Assembly: GCA_951406725.2 (NCBI GenBank)
Contig: OX597822.1
Location: 73,408,001 to 73,472,000 of the forward strand
Length of the DNA stretch: 64,000 bases
Source: Octopus vulgaris
Taxonomy: Eukaryota
Reading direction: 5' to 3'
In this document: positions 42,087 to 55,720 of the stretch, in pieces
Position numbering within the stretch: the stretch's first letter is position 1
Layout of the letters: the number at the start of each line of letters is the position of its first letter
Made by a program: the position numbers and the translations under genes
The notes under the pieces: generated by a model
What the model was told of the DNA's origin: nothing
Database searches by the model: none
The model's input: only the letters and a program-made list of their open reading frames with translations

Positions 42087-42342
42087 ATAGAAAATATAAG
42101 TACTAGGCTTACAAAGAATAAGTTGTGGGATCGATATGTTGGACTAAAAGCGGTGCTCCAGCATGGCCGCAGTCAAATGACTGAAACAAGTAAAAGAATA
42201 AAAAAAAATCTGTGTGTGTGTATGTGTATACGACAAGCTTCTATCAGTTTCCGTCTACCAAGACACTTGCGCATGGTGCCACACAGTGGGACAGAACCCG
42301 GAACCATTTGTTTGGGATGCATGCTTCTTATGACACAGCCAC
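41525..42342. mobile_element. Rearranged SINE family B fragments on both strands
   Basis: Minus tail 41525-41715, plus tail split at 41805-41875 / 42095-42200, minus head 42230-42342. Confidence 0.75.
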
Positions 42343-42549
42343 CCCTGTTTAATTTTTAAGTTTATTTGTTCATTTATTTATTTGTAATTTGAATTAAACT
42401 TTTTAGCAGTTTCATAATGTACAATATAAATAGAGAATTAGAAAGAATGATATTTCTATTTTTGAAAACTAGTGGATGTGTTCCACTGAATTTAGGTAAA
42501 CAATCATTCGATCAATCGGTCAGCAGCGATGCCTGCTGGGTTCGGTTAC

Positions 42550-42592
42550 TCCACATTGATAAGAGGCAACTACCTCGAAACTAGTCTGTGGA
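42550..42592 (+). ncRNA. Type I hammerhead ribozyme with U3-A8 core, apparently intact
   Basis: UCCACA-UUGAUAA-GAGG-caacua-CCUC-GAA-ACUAGU-C-UGUGGA; GUC cleavage triplet; stem I extends to 42518/42622. Confidence 0.85.
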
Positions 42593-43144
42593 AGCCAATC
42601 CAGCAAGGGGAAGCTGCTGACCCCCCCCCTGTCGAAGGTTATAATGGATACAGGTTTGTGTGTCACATAGCTAGCTAGAGGCGATGGCCTCTTGGAGCTA
42701 ATCAACGGCAGCATTCGTCCTATTTTTCTGGACTGCCATGTTAGCTTGGCGATAATTATTAATATAAATACCATATGTAATAAATAACTTTTTTATACAT
42801 AATATTTAAAATTCAATTCGGAAAGAATCATTCGCGTGGCCATCTAATATCTAGCAGCCATATTGAAGATAAAGGATTAAAATACCTCAAGAGATTAAAT
42901 AAATCATGAAACTGTCTTTGAAAGGATTAGTAGTGTTCAATCCATCAAACCGCAAAGCCGATTTAAGAAATTGCATCTTTAGGCATTTACCTGTGCAAAA
43001 TATCTTCATTAAGTTTTCCTAAACGTCCATACTTGTTCTAAGACTTCTAGTTAGTCTTTGTTTCATACGTTCTGATTAATATAAAGTTTCCCTTTAATAA
43101 GTCCCAAGTTGAAGAAAATTGAGAATATGTCTCTTGCATGTATC

Positions 43145-43482
43145 ATGGATAACTAGCACTCCGTCGGTTACAATGACAAGGGTTCCAGTTGGTCCGATCA
43201 ACGGAAAAACCTGCTCGTGAAATTAATGTGAAATGTAGCTCGCTGAGCACTCTACAGACACGTGTATCCTTAACATAGTTCTCGGGGAGATTCAGCATGA
43301 CACAGAGTGTGACAAAGCTGGCCCTTTGAAATACAGCTACTATTGTTTTTTGCCAGCTGAGTGGACTGGAGCAATGTGAAAATAAAGTGTTTTGCTCAAG
43401 AACACAACACGTCGCCGGGAATTGAACTCACAACCTTGCGATTGTGAGCCGAATACCCTAACCATTAAGCCACGCGCCTTCA
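43145..43482 (-). mobile_element. SINE family C variant
   Basis: Reverse tRNA-like head and shared tail. Confidence 0.8.
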
Positions 43483-44262
43483 AACACCAGGGAACTATGT
43501 TCTGCGAACCACATGATACACAAGACAAGCAAAGGGTTAATCAAAACATTGTTTAAGACCAAAATCCCCTACGATTCCTCTTTAAGGGGGTTTCTTGTTC
43601 TGTAGGGTCTCTTTACTACCTACAGATGCCAAGATTTGTTTCCTTTATGGAATATACCATGCGGGTATAATGATATCACAGATATAAGCGTAAACATTAT
43701 CCAAAAGTTCATTTGTAAATAATTAACCGATTTCTCGCTATTTCTTACGTAACCCATAACTAACTTTCGCAGATCCCTCGGGTTACAAGGAACCTCGGTT
43801 GAGAAACAATGGAACAGAGCTTCCGCATTTTGAAACAGTGCCAGCTATGAAGCGTGTTTTACCATTTATTTTTCATTTATTTATTGTAATTGTATGCACA
43901 TATATGCATGTATGGTTATACGCATACGTGTGTGTATATATATCGGTATGTATATCTGTATGTGTATATATCGTCATGATTTATATATACAAATGTATGA
44001 ATTTATACGTATCTATGCATGTATGCGTGTGTGTGAATGTCTGTGTGCCTGTGTATGTGTGTGTGTGGGTGTGTGTGTGTGTGTTTATATTTATATGTGG
44101 ATGCAAGAATGAATAAATGAAAGTGTGAACATAGGATGTGTATATTATGCGTACGCATCAATAAACGTATATGTATATTATATATGTGTGTGTGTGTCTG
44201 AATATATCTATTGGTGCATGTGTATGTATGAAAGAATGTATGATATACGGAAGCACAGGTGA

Positions 44263-44351
<89 letters not shown>

Positions 44352-44559
44352 ATTTTTCTTTTCCGATTTTTAAAGCTAATTTTGACCGACTTTCTCCACG
44401 ATGGCAATTTTCTGAAGAAAAATGTAAACGGTAGAGGCAGTTGTTTTTGTTTTTTGGGGGATGAGGGATAGGAGGCGGTCATCATTTGCCCAAAACAAAA
44501 AGGCTATTTAAGTTTTATTTTCTTGCAAACTTTTATTCTTACAGCTTATCTGTCTCTGT

Positions 44560-45760
44560 ATCGTTTTAATTATAAAAACTATGTACTTTCTGCAAAGACC
44601 TAAAACCTATCCCAAATATTTTAGTCAGAGCTGCTGGATTTACAAGCTCTTCATCCATAGATGTTTTCTTCTTCTCATATCTTTTACCGTACTGACGTCA
44701 CGAGAGCGCTAACTACCACAAGAGAACATGTTTTCTTTGCGGTGAGAGTCGTGTCTGGTGGTCCCAAACAAAAATTATCTGGTCGTCTGTATTTTCGTTT
44801 GTTTACTATCTTTACTTCTAGATTCCACCAATATTCTTTCGATTCATCGCTCCCATTATATTCATATTTATATTTCATTTTATTCATTTATTTTGGTTTC
44901 ATAATTAATTCCAGGCTTCTCTGGCTACCATATCCTGTCTTATGGGAATGTAATATCGTTAATGCTATTCTCTCGCGGATGATTCGCAATGACGTGGCTA
45001 ATGATTTCAATTTGGATTTGACTGAGTCTACATTTCTTGCTAGCAGATGACTTCTTTAGCGTATAAGCACTTGCTGGGGATTTCATTATCTTCGATTTCA
45101 TGGGGGGAAAACTTCAGTTTGAGGTGTTGCAAATTTGTCGGTATTCCATGTCAAGTTTTTTTAAGGGGTTTGTTCCTTCTAGAGTTCTTTCTTGGTAATT
45201 CTTGAACACATATTCAACCTTCTCTCTGATATGGTCTATTTTTCGATTTTGTTGTGTTAAATAGGATTTCCCAATTCCTTTGAGACAGACCAGTGCCAAT
45301 GTTCATTTCATATTTGTCTTCAAGTTCATTAATTATCACAATAATGTTTTTATTTTTCAGTTCGTGAACGTAAGCTAAGTAGTTACAGATTTTTATCTCT
45401 AACGGAGATACTGTTTCAGTGCTACGTACTAGATCTCATGTGATTTTAATACAGATTTAAGGTGCCGACAGTTCTGATAAGCATAGTTTATGTATTTCTT
45501 TGCGGGTAGTCATCTCTCTCTTGTTTATGGGACCTTCATAACTGACTTGATACTTGTAGTCCCCATCCGAATGCAAAAGCTGTAATTTCAAACTATTCAT
45601 GGCAGATGAGATTAGGTCAAGTCTTACTTTTATTACTGAGCTGCTACCCTTACTCATACTTGATCTGGTGTTAAAATCTATCCGTTTTTTCATGTTTTTG
45701 TCTATTTAACACTATGCTTTTTGCTGCATCCTGGTCGTGGCTGTTAATAAAAGATTTGAT
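44560..45760 (-). pseudogene. Decayed R4/Dong-like non-LTR element
   Basis: KEYWWNLEVK..RRPD..KKTCSLVVVSA RLE remnant homologous to 5888-6202; upstream LKGIGKSYL remnant. Confidence 0.65.
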
Positions 45761-46257
45761 CTTTTCTGAACTGACCACCATTTTGTACACTAATAATAGA
45801 TCTAAAAACTACGACCTCTTTTGCCTATGTTGAAGGACGAGGAACTGATGACATAAAAGATAACATGAAACCATCTGAAAAGAAAAGTACAACACAGAAC
45901 TATGGAGAGCCAATGTCCTACCAGGAATCCTAATAGGGTATGTTGAGTATGACGTCATCTCCGTGAACAACCTGTAGCCTTCGATAAATGTCGGATAACC
46001 TGAAGCTCAGTGACGGAATCTTGCTTCTGCTTGAAACCCATTATTTTCCTGCAATGAAGAACATGAAAAAGAGTTTGTAAAGAAGAAAAGTTACTCTATT
46101 AACATGAGCAGTTGGAACGACTTGTGTCAGTTAATGCGAAAGTTATGCTCATTTTTGCATTACTTTAGGACATTTCTCGTAGTTTTCTCTCGTTTTATAA
46201 TTAAGTGGGACATTTATCCTGACCAAACTCCATTTATATATTCTTCGAGAATATATA

Positions 46258-46710
46258 TTTTATAATATATTATTATTAATATCAGGAAATCAATATTAGA
46301 AAATTCTTCAGAAAGATATATACATGTGTAAAATAATTATTGTATTAAAAATATAAATATATATAAAAATATATGTTAATATGTATAAGTATAAATATAT
46401 AGTGTATATGACAGCTTAAAACTTAATTCAAGACTTTTAAACTGTCATATATATATATTTATGTTTATACATATTTACATATATTTTTATTTTTAATGCA
46501 ATAATTATTTTACACACGTATATATCTTTCTGAAGAATTTTCCAATATTGTGTTCCTGATATTAATAATAATATATTATATAAAACATATATAATCGCTC
46601 GTATTAAATACGTAAATACTTTAATAGTATGGATACTTTGATACAATAGAGCACTCAATATAAATTCAGTATATGATATTCTCATTGAATATATTTAAGT
46701 AAAGATTTAT
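46258..46710. mobile_element. Fold-back copy of the 6945-7490 repeat
   Basis: Arms 46260-46418 / 46437-46582 are inverted and match 6945-7065; tail 46630-46710 matches 7425-7490. Confidence 0.8.
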
Positions 46711-48449
46711 TTTCTTCGAGAATGTCATAAGTAGGCCGATGTTCTTCTTCCTATTATTCATAGACTTGGCATATAATTCCAGGTTGCACACAATGAAGTT
46801 GTGTTCGTGTTTTTTACCCTCTTCAGCACCAATTATCCATTGTTTAGGTTTCAACAGGTAGCATTGAAAGTGCTAACATCACCAGAGACAGAGAGGCAGT
46901 CTTTTTTAAATGACCCTCTGCGTTACATTATTCTGTTGATGATAACGCAATACTTCTTGAGACTCACTTCAAGATGGTGGCCCGAAATGGAACTGTCAGG
47001 TTATCTATGACCTTATTTATTGTCCCTGGAACATTAGAAATTTGCATAACTTTTCACAGTTCTCACGTCTCAGTTTTGCAAATTAGTTGTTCGGCACATC
47101 TCCAAACTTCTTTCTTCCCAATTACTTGGGTTTTATTAGATTTTCTGCTAATGCTAACAAACTCTCCAGTCGTCGTCGTCTTCGTCGTCGTCGTCGCCGT
47201 CATCATCATCATCATCATCACGTTCTTTTTATTCGTCTCTTTCGGTATCATTATTGTGTCCCTTACTCGGTAAAAATAAAATCTCTTTTGAGTGTGGCAC
47301 TTTCAGTGGAGTGAGGTTGGGTGGTTATGAGTCCCCTCAGAAGTATTTAATTCTCTATAATAGTGGTCTAGGCGAGATGTTAAACCCAGAACGCGCACGA
47401 TTGGAATAGATACCACAAACATCTCGTCCACTACTCTGGACTAGTATTTATTTATCAAGAACAAAATTATGAAAGGCACAAATGATTTTAAGCGGGACTT
47501 GCACAGAGCAGGAAGAAATAATGATGTTGCAACGTCATTCTAAAGACTGACTGTTCGTAGTCTTATTTTGTGATCTTCAACTAGCAAACATCGAGAGCTT
47601 ATTGATAAAAATCGATTAGACAGCCTAGATTGAACGTCAGTATTCCACTATTTAGACCTTCTCGGGGTCTTCCCACTCTAATTTTTTTCTATCAATTTTC
47701 ACTGAATTGTTTTTTCAACTCCTCTTCTCTAACACCAGAGTTTCCCGTAAACCGACTTAAATGCAATAATAATTCATATGAATTAGATGATGAGGCATTT
47801 GGTCACATACCTGATACAAGTCCGTACCTTTCCCTGTGATTAACGTGTGTAGTCTCACAATGTTCTCGTCGATAGCCACGCGCCTGTACTTAACGGGTAC
47901 TGTCCCAATCTGTTGTCTTAAGCAGCGCCATACCTAGCGAGGCATAGACAGTAAGGTAGCCGGTGCTGTATTCTTACCGGGGTCAGTGACGCCACGCGTC
48001 CGGTTGGACAGACCACTCTAGAACCAATAGACTAAGAATCATATGCACATAAAACAGACATGGAATAGAGAGGGAGTGTCATTGATGAAGTCACGAATGG
48101 CAGCGAAAGGACTTTAACAAACAGAACGATTAATCCAACAATTGATTATTTAATCGTTTAAATAGTTAATCATTTGACAAATATAAAAAATAAAAGAAGT
48201 GAAATAGAACCAGTGCGTGTGTTAGCTGTTTGCATAATAATCCTCCTAAGATACAACATTTAAACACATACTCGAATTAAAAACAGGACTTAAATTCTTG
48301 ATTCAATGCATACACGATGTTCCATTTTTACCATTTCCTAACATTACTTATTTTTAATATATTCACTTTTTGTTGATGAGGAGTGTAATTATTTATTTGT
48401 ATACGATAAGTATCGTCACAAAATTAATCGATTTCCATACATCAATAAT

Positions 48450-49194
48450 CATATTACGAAGATGTACTTGCATAGCAAGTGACCTGATCTGAAATCGTGT
48501 ACTGGAACGAAAACAATTGCAGCGTGGAAGGTGTTTATAAGCCATTTAAGATTCACTTCAACATTTAGATTTCATTTACCAATATATTTTCGTCGCTTTG
48601 AGACCGCGCTCTGTTCACTGACAAAATTCTGTGTTCTTTTTCCAAATCCTTGTTTACAATTTTTTTTTAATTCGGAGGTGTACATATCAGACAAGTTAAT
48701 TCATACCAGAATTTATGTTAAAACTAAAACGATTGCAAATTGCAAAACACATATTAAACCATTCAAAAACGCACAAAAGCGTTTAACTTCCCTTAAACAT
48801 TATTTGGTATCCAAATTTTCGTCGCACCAACTGTGACCTGGTCACTGATGCGATTCCCCGGCAATTTTGTTGTTTTTTTTTTATTCACTTACTTTTTTAG
48901 GAAGATGTTTATAAGCCATTTAAAAACACACAAAAACCGTTAGATTCACTTCGACATTTGAAATTTAATTTGTCAAAATATTTTCGTCGCTTTGAGACCG
49001 CGACCTGTTCACTGACAAAATTCTGTGCTGTACGAAATTTTGTCAGTGAACAGGTCGCAGTCTCAAAGCGGTCGAAAGTATTTTGACAAATTAAATTTTA
49101 AATGGCTTATAAACACCTTCCACGCTGCAATTGTTTTTGTTTCAGCGCACGATTTCAGATCAGGTCACTTGCTATGCAAGAACATTTCCGTAAC
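48450..49194 (-). mobile_element. Retrozyme-like / non-autonomous PLE element with tandem G3-C8 HHRs plus an inverted terminal copy
   Basis: Minus HHRs at ~48575-48625 (decayed), 48807-48851 (GUGACCA core) and 48969-49019 (intact); inverted plus HHR at 49039-49090; outer ends 48453-48549 / 49100-49193 inverted; no ORF. Confidence 0.8.
48969..49019 (-). ncRNA. Type I hammerhead ribozyme with G3-C8 core
   Basis: UUUGUCA-GUGAACA-G-GUCGC-ggucucaaa-GCGAC-GAA-AAUAUU-U-UGACAAA. Confidence 0.78.
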
Positions 49195-49455
49195 ACTTTT
49201 TTAGGATATCCCAGGTAATGATTTGCTGTTGAATTATTTAAACAAGTGTTAGTTGACTCAAATAAAGGAGGACATTATTGCAAATATTCACTACAATTTG
49301 GTTAACCAGTCTCACACAACTCAATGAATTCTCTACTAATGCTAATCAAAAGATGTCTGCCTTGTAGTAGAATACAAAAAGGATGATCATTTTATGCTCT
49401 TCACTCTATTAGCTCGTAGTTATTGCACATATCATCTTGGTTCCATGGCAGTAAC

Positions 49456-49498
<43 letters not shown>

Positions 49499-50503
49499 CA
49501 GTAGCAGTAGCAGCAGCAGCAGCAGCAATAAGATTATGGTTTGTTGCGATGCGCCGATACGTGGTTTTATCGTTGTTAATAGATATATCTGTTTTAGGAA
49601 AATATTTGAGCTGTGCTAATTGCGCTGTGTTCGCACTTTTGAAAATAAAATGCAATTATCACCTCGCTTTTATGTTTATTAAATATTGATCAGAAGCGTA
49701 ATTTTATTTTTTTTTTTTTTTTTTACCGTGGAATAATTTAATTTTTGCTTGGAAATACGTTCCAGGACAGATAATTCTATTTTACACATACAGCCAACAG
49801 ACGGATTATAGCGTTTTTGTTTCCGCCTTTCTTTTTGTTGATTTTTGTCTGTTATTTTTCTTCCCTTCCCAATCTGTAAAAATTGAAAAGTCATTTTTGA
49901 GGACATAACACCAGGCAAAATGTTCTGTATAACTTCGGTTACTTTTGCAACAACAATCTTCGTAGAACATAGCAGAAACTTTAGAGCATCGAATACAATG
50001 CTTCTCGCTATTTGTTCTGAGTTCCTCTACATTGAGTTCAAATTTTGTTTACATCAGCTTCGTTTTTCATCATTCTTGTGTGCCCCCCAAAAAACAGAAA
50101 TATGTATATTGCACACAAATTAGGAACTCATACACATCATTCAGTTTCATAAATCACGTGTATACACATATACATCCGCATACAAAACTAGGGACACACA
50201 TAAACACACACGCACGCGCACACACACACACAAAAGACAGAGACATTCATACTCAATGATTACGTAAGCAACTACATACACATTATCATCAGATAATTGT
50301 AAATTGTAAATTATCATCAAAATTGTAAATACATTATAGGGCACATACACTCATGTGTGTGTGTGTGTGTGTTTGTTTGTGTACTGAGACAGAGAAAGAG
50401 AGAGGGTGGTTGAACTATGAGCACACACATTTGTATGCATACATATGTGTGTATGTGTATATAATATATATTGATATATAAACATGATTGTATGTAGATA
50501 CAT

Positions 50504-50546
<43 letters not shown>

Positions 50547-50649
50547 GTAGTATATTTGTATGTGTGTGTGTGTGTGTATTTATGTATGCATATGTATGTA
50601 TCTCCACAATACCCGACTCTTACGTTATGATAAATAACGTATGCATACG

Positions 50650-50702
<53 letters not shown>

Positions 50703-51014
50703 TCACAAAATATATGCATACTCAGCGATTGCAGAGTATAGTTACTGAAAGGCATCCAGCCGCTCCCAGCCGCTCCCACCCGCACCCACAGTAGCTACAA
50801 GGCCGTAACAGATTTGGGAACATGGTCACAAGACATGTTATGATGAAGAATATCTGAGCTAAAAGGAGGCCGGAAGACACAGATTGCGCTCCTTTAATTA
50901 AACCATAAACTTTAACAAAATATCTCAAGGCTGTCAGACGTTACTTGCCGATATATTATTGGTCCATTCATTGAAAACTATATTGTCGACATGATGACGC
51001 AACAGAAATTAATA

Positions 51015-51412
51015 TTCTTTTCTACTTCAGGCACAAGGCCCCAATTTTTTTTGTGGTGGGGGCAGTCGATCATATCGACCCCAGTACGCTACTGTTACGT
51101 AATTCATCGACCCCGAAAGGATGAAAGGCAAAGTCTACCTCGGTGGAATTTGAACTCAGAACGTAAAGACAGACGAAATGCCACTAAGCATTTCACCCGA
51201 CGTGCTAACGTTTCTGCCAGCTCGCCGCCTAAATAAAGTACCAATTAAACATTTATTTGTTTATTGCCCACCGGGGGACTAAACATAGAGGAGACAAACA
51301 AGGACAGACAAAGGGATTAAGTCGATCATATTGACCCCAGTGCGTAACTGGTATTTATTTAATCGACCCCGAAAGGATGAAAGGCAAAGTCGGCTTCGGC
51401 AGAATTTGAACA
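51015..51412 (-). mobile_element. Two SINE family A units
   Basis: Reverse core motifs. Confidence 0.85.
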
Positions 51413-51511
51413 AAGAACATAAGCCGTTGGGACAGTTACTGTCCAGTACTTTGTCTGTCGAGGTAACAATACTGCGAACTCACTATCTTCTTTATAAGGA
51501 CACACACACAA

Positions 51512-51575
<64 letters not shown>

Positions 51576-51581
51576 GTATAT

Positions 51582-51629
<48 letters not shown>

Positions 51630-51642
51630 ATATGTATGAACG

Positions 51643-51689
<47 letters not shown>

Positions 51690-51814
51690 ATATATGGCTA
51701 TGTAAATACACATGTATACACATACAAATGCGCTCTCGCACACACACAATATATATGTATATATCCTTTAAGTTTGGCGATTTCTTTTCCTTCTTTAGAC
51801 TTTTCTCTTTCACC

Positions 51815-51847
51815 TTTCTGAAGAAGGACTATGCTCGAAATGTCAAA
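51815..51847 (+). ncRNA. Minimal hammerhead ribozyme, decayed
   Basis: UUU-CUGAAGA-aggacuaugcuc-GAAAUGUC-AAA; stems II and III mutated relative to the usual GAAACGUC. Confidence 0.5.
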
Positions 51848-52211
51848 CTCTCTCTTTTCACCCAGCGTCAAGCTAATGCATCTCTTGTGCACGTTCTTTT
51901 GTTGTCCTTTAATTTTACTCGTTTTATTTGAATTAATCATTTATCTAAATCGACTATATTGACTGGGCAAGTGTCTTCTACTATAGCCTCGGGCCGACCA
52001 AAGACTTGTGACTGGATTTGGTAGACAGAAACTGAAAGAAGTCTGTCATATATATATATATATATCTGTGTGTGTGTGTAGAATAAGTACTAGGCTTACA
52101 AAGAATAGATCCTGGGGTGGACTTCTTCGACTAAAAGCGGTGCTCTTTCATGGCCGCAGTCAAATGACTGAAACGTGTCAGAAAATAAAAGAAAAGAATA
52201 TAAATTGAATT

Positions 52212-52345
<134 letters not shown>

Positions 52346-52413
52346 GATGGATGGATGGATGGATGGATGGATGGATGGACGGACGGACGGACGGACTGAC
52401 GGACGGACGGACG

Positions 52414-52542
<129 letters not shown>

Positions 52543-52729
52543 GTTTCTTTATTAGCTACACAGGGCCAAACACAGAGGGGACAAAATACAATGTAGTGCT
52601 TTTCTTTTCGGAATAAAAAAAAAAGGAGAAAAATAAAGTTCCGATCAAAAGGGATCGTGAGAAAAAAAACGATATATATATATATATTATTGAAGTGACT
52701 ATATATATATATAAATTTCAATTGTGTGC

Positions 52730-52798
<69 letters not shown>

Positions 52799-53142
52799 TG
52801 TGTGTGTGTGTTTGTGTGTTCGTTTATTGCATTTGTTTTTAGGGATTCTTGAAACTGAAGCAGGTATTACCCTATTTTACCTGTAAAATAGAGCCGACGT
52901 GTATCGTTCAGTTTTATATTATTTCACTGTCTTTCGTCACACAACTGTTACTTTTCAGTGACTTCTCCGTATCTCGAGAGAAATGGAGAAATCAATTAGA
53001 AGTAATAATAAAACTGAACTACAAACAGTGCGTGTATTTTAAATGGCAAAATGACCATCACAAAATAAAACAATATATGTGTACAAGTTTTCTAAATATG
53101 CTTTTATGCATACACGTACATACACATACACACACACACACA

Positions 53143-53233
<91 letters not shown>

Positions 53234-53739
53234 GTAAGTTTAAGAAGGTCGCTGGGAAAGGTCTTCTACTTTAGCCCTGCTGAACATGATTTTGATCATA
53301 CGTCCTCTTAATCTAGAATTAAGTAACCAGAATAACACTACAGCTTAGTAGCTTTAACAACATTTATATTTCGTAATTAAAACAAACGACCATCACTGTT
53401 AATGACCCCGCTGAACTCTTCTTCAACCAACATCCTGTCCCAAATAATATCCTATGCAATCACAGAACTGCTAATGGCTTGATTTCAATCCAGCTCTTGG
53501 CACGAAACACTCAGGATAATTACAACATGTTAAAGACGGTCATGTTTAACACTAAATTCTAAATGGAGTTAGCATTGAAAGTAGTTATAGCTAATATTAA
53601 ATCGAGACCGTTAAATCATTTCTCATTTCCAAGGATGTCTTTTTGCCATCCAAGAGGAAGAAATAGCTACAAAATATCTATTAAACAAAGGATAGAGTGA
53701 CGCTTTTAAAACCCTTAGATGCGACCTAAAATACTGGCA

Positions 53740-54330
53740 AAGTTAGCAACTGTCCAAAAATGTCATGATGATATTACTGTCTTGCTCAGCATGATGTTGT
53801 TGCTAAAACAATGTACAATACCAACCGTAGATACGGCTGCTCTGGAATAACTATTAGAAAATACTTGTGACGTTCTTTAAATATATTCATAGATTCCAAC
53901 ATAATAATGTCGGTGAAATATTATCATCAAACTACTACTAAATGCAAATGATACATCTGTTGTAGTTTGGGGGTAAAGAAAACAAAATGGTGAACTACCG
54001 TAGTCGTCAACTGTCCAGTAGAATAGATATTTCATTGAAGATTAGTCCGTAAAAGAACATTTGTCTGCGGTCAATTGCTTCGAAAATTTATAGTCTCTTT
54101 ATTGAAATTACACATTTATATTTACATTTGTTCCCATAGACTTTTTAGCAATTGTTTATGTTAATAATTCTTTAAATAATTTATAGTCTCTTTATTGAAA
54201 TTACACATATATATTTACATTTGTTCCCATAGACTTTTTAGCAATTGTTTATGTTAATCATTCTTTAAATAATTTTGAAAAGTTGGGGGCTTCTCATCAA
54301 AGAAGCAAGAGATTATTCAGAAAATATTAC
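53740..54330 (+). pseudogene. Decayed R4/Dong-like RLE fragment
   Basis: QHDVVAKTMYN and downstream similarity to 5851-6290; internal ~95-bp tandem duplication at 54085-54275. Confidence 0.6.
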
Positions 54331-54740
54331 TAGCTATTGATTGCTAAATTTTAAAATATTTAAAAAGCAAAAACAGGAAACGAATATCAAGAAGCACAAC
54401 AGAAATAATAGCGTCGCAGCGATGCATGTGCCGCCATTACGCACATAGCTAAAAGCCGTTTTGGAGAAAGGTATAAAATATTTTAAAAATCACTTTTAAA
54501 TAATAATCTACCATAAGAAGAGATGCAAACTATTTACGAATGTTTCGAGTGAATAATCAGCCTGCTATAAAACAAACACTCTTAAGTCAAACTTTTTAAA
54601 ATTATAGTTCCTTGGTACTACAACAATTTGACAACAGAAGCGTCTGATACGAGTCGAAATAATCAGAAAACAAGTCATAAATGGATGGTACGATTCTTTT
54701 CCAAAACAGTATCTAAAGTAAAACGTAAAGCTTTACATTT

Positions 54741-54784
54741 TACTTTTGACAATCTTTTTCTAAAAAAGTGAAACCGGTCAAGTG
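54741..54784 (+). ncRNA. Type I hammerhead ribozyme with U3-A8 core
   Basis: UACUU-UUGACAA-U-CUUUUU-cua-AAAAAG-U-GAA-ACCGGU-C-AAGUG; GUC triplet; palindromic stem III. Confidence 0.7.
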
Positions 54785-54880
54785 AATAAACATCTTTAAA
54801 ATTACATTTTCAAACTTTCTTTCATATATATTTCCACTCATGCGGTACCTTACAACTTCACTTTGTTATATATATATGAA

Positions 54881-54950
<70 letters not shown>

Positions 54951-54999
54951 TATTGAGATTTTCGGCACGAACAAGAAGCAGCATAGAGAACTAATCATA

Positions 55000-55720
55000 A
55001 CAGCAATAGACAATAAATGTATAGATATCCTGTAAATTGAAAGATTATAACCATATTGCCGAAGGGAATATTCTTTCTTGGATCTCGATATTGTCATTAG
55101 GAATCTTGCATTTATTATAGAAGAAGAGGATGGCAAATATCAGATCAAATATAACACACAAACGGAGTCCCAAACGGAGGATCTTATGTTGATGATGTAA
55201 TACTAATCTATAAGCTATCGCCAACATTGTTACCTTAAAACTGATCGCATGGTATTGTTTTATGATATGACATAAGAAAAAGAAACTATATACAATACTA
55301 TCTGACGAACAGACGAAACGAAATAATAATCAAAACATCTACACTTTTGAATGTAACGAAAACTGGATGAATTCCCTAATGAAAGCATTCATTCAATGTT
55401 GACACAACAGGCCTGATGTTATTCTCAAAAGCAAGAAATAGAAGTTATGAACTGTTGTAAAAATTACTGTCCGCCCGATGTCAATGACTCGTCTCCAGTT
55501 ACAGTGAAGGTGACTACCTGCAGTGAACTGCTGCGAAACCATCAGGTTTTATAAACTCACATTTATACTTAATACTTATAGACGTAGTGGGACATTTGCT
55601 AAAGAGTTTAAGTAAAGCATTGGAAATGTAAGTAGCTTCCAAAAGAAAATACCCGCAGACTGTAAATTCAGTCTGCTTCTGACAGAGAAAAATAGTATAA
55701 CATTTCAAAATATTTGCTTC
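55000..55720 (+). pseudogene. Decayed R4/Dong-like RLE fragment
   Basis: HNRPDVIL motif at about 55403, with flanking similarity to the other copies. Confidence 0.5.

Noticed and set aside
45790-45870. HDV-like ribozyme on the minus strand (TCCTCGT loop) upstream of the R4-like fossil
   Set aside because: P3 and the G1 pair of P1 cannot be formed convincingly.
45841-45880. CTGATGA...GAAAC hammerhead-like boxes
   Set aside because: No stem I, II or III pairing.
55298-55330. CTGACGA-ACAGAC-GAAAC
   Set aside because: No stem II or III; lies inside a LINE remnant.
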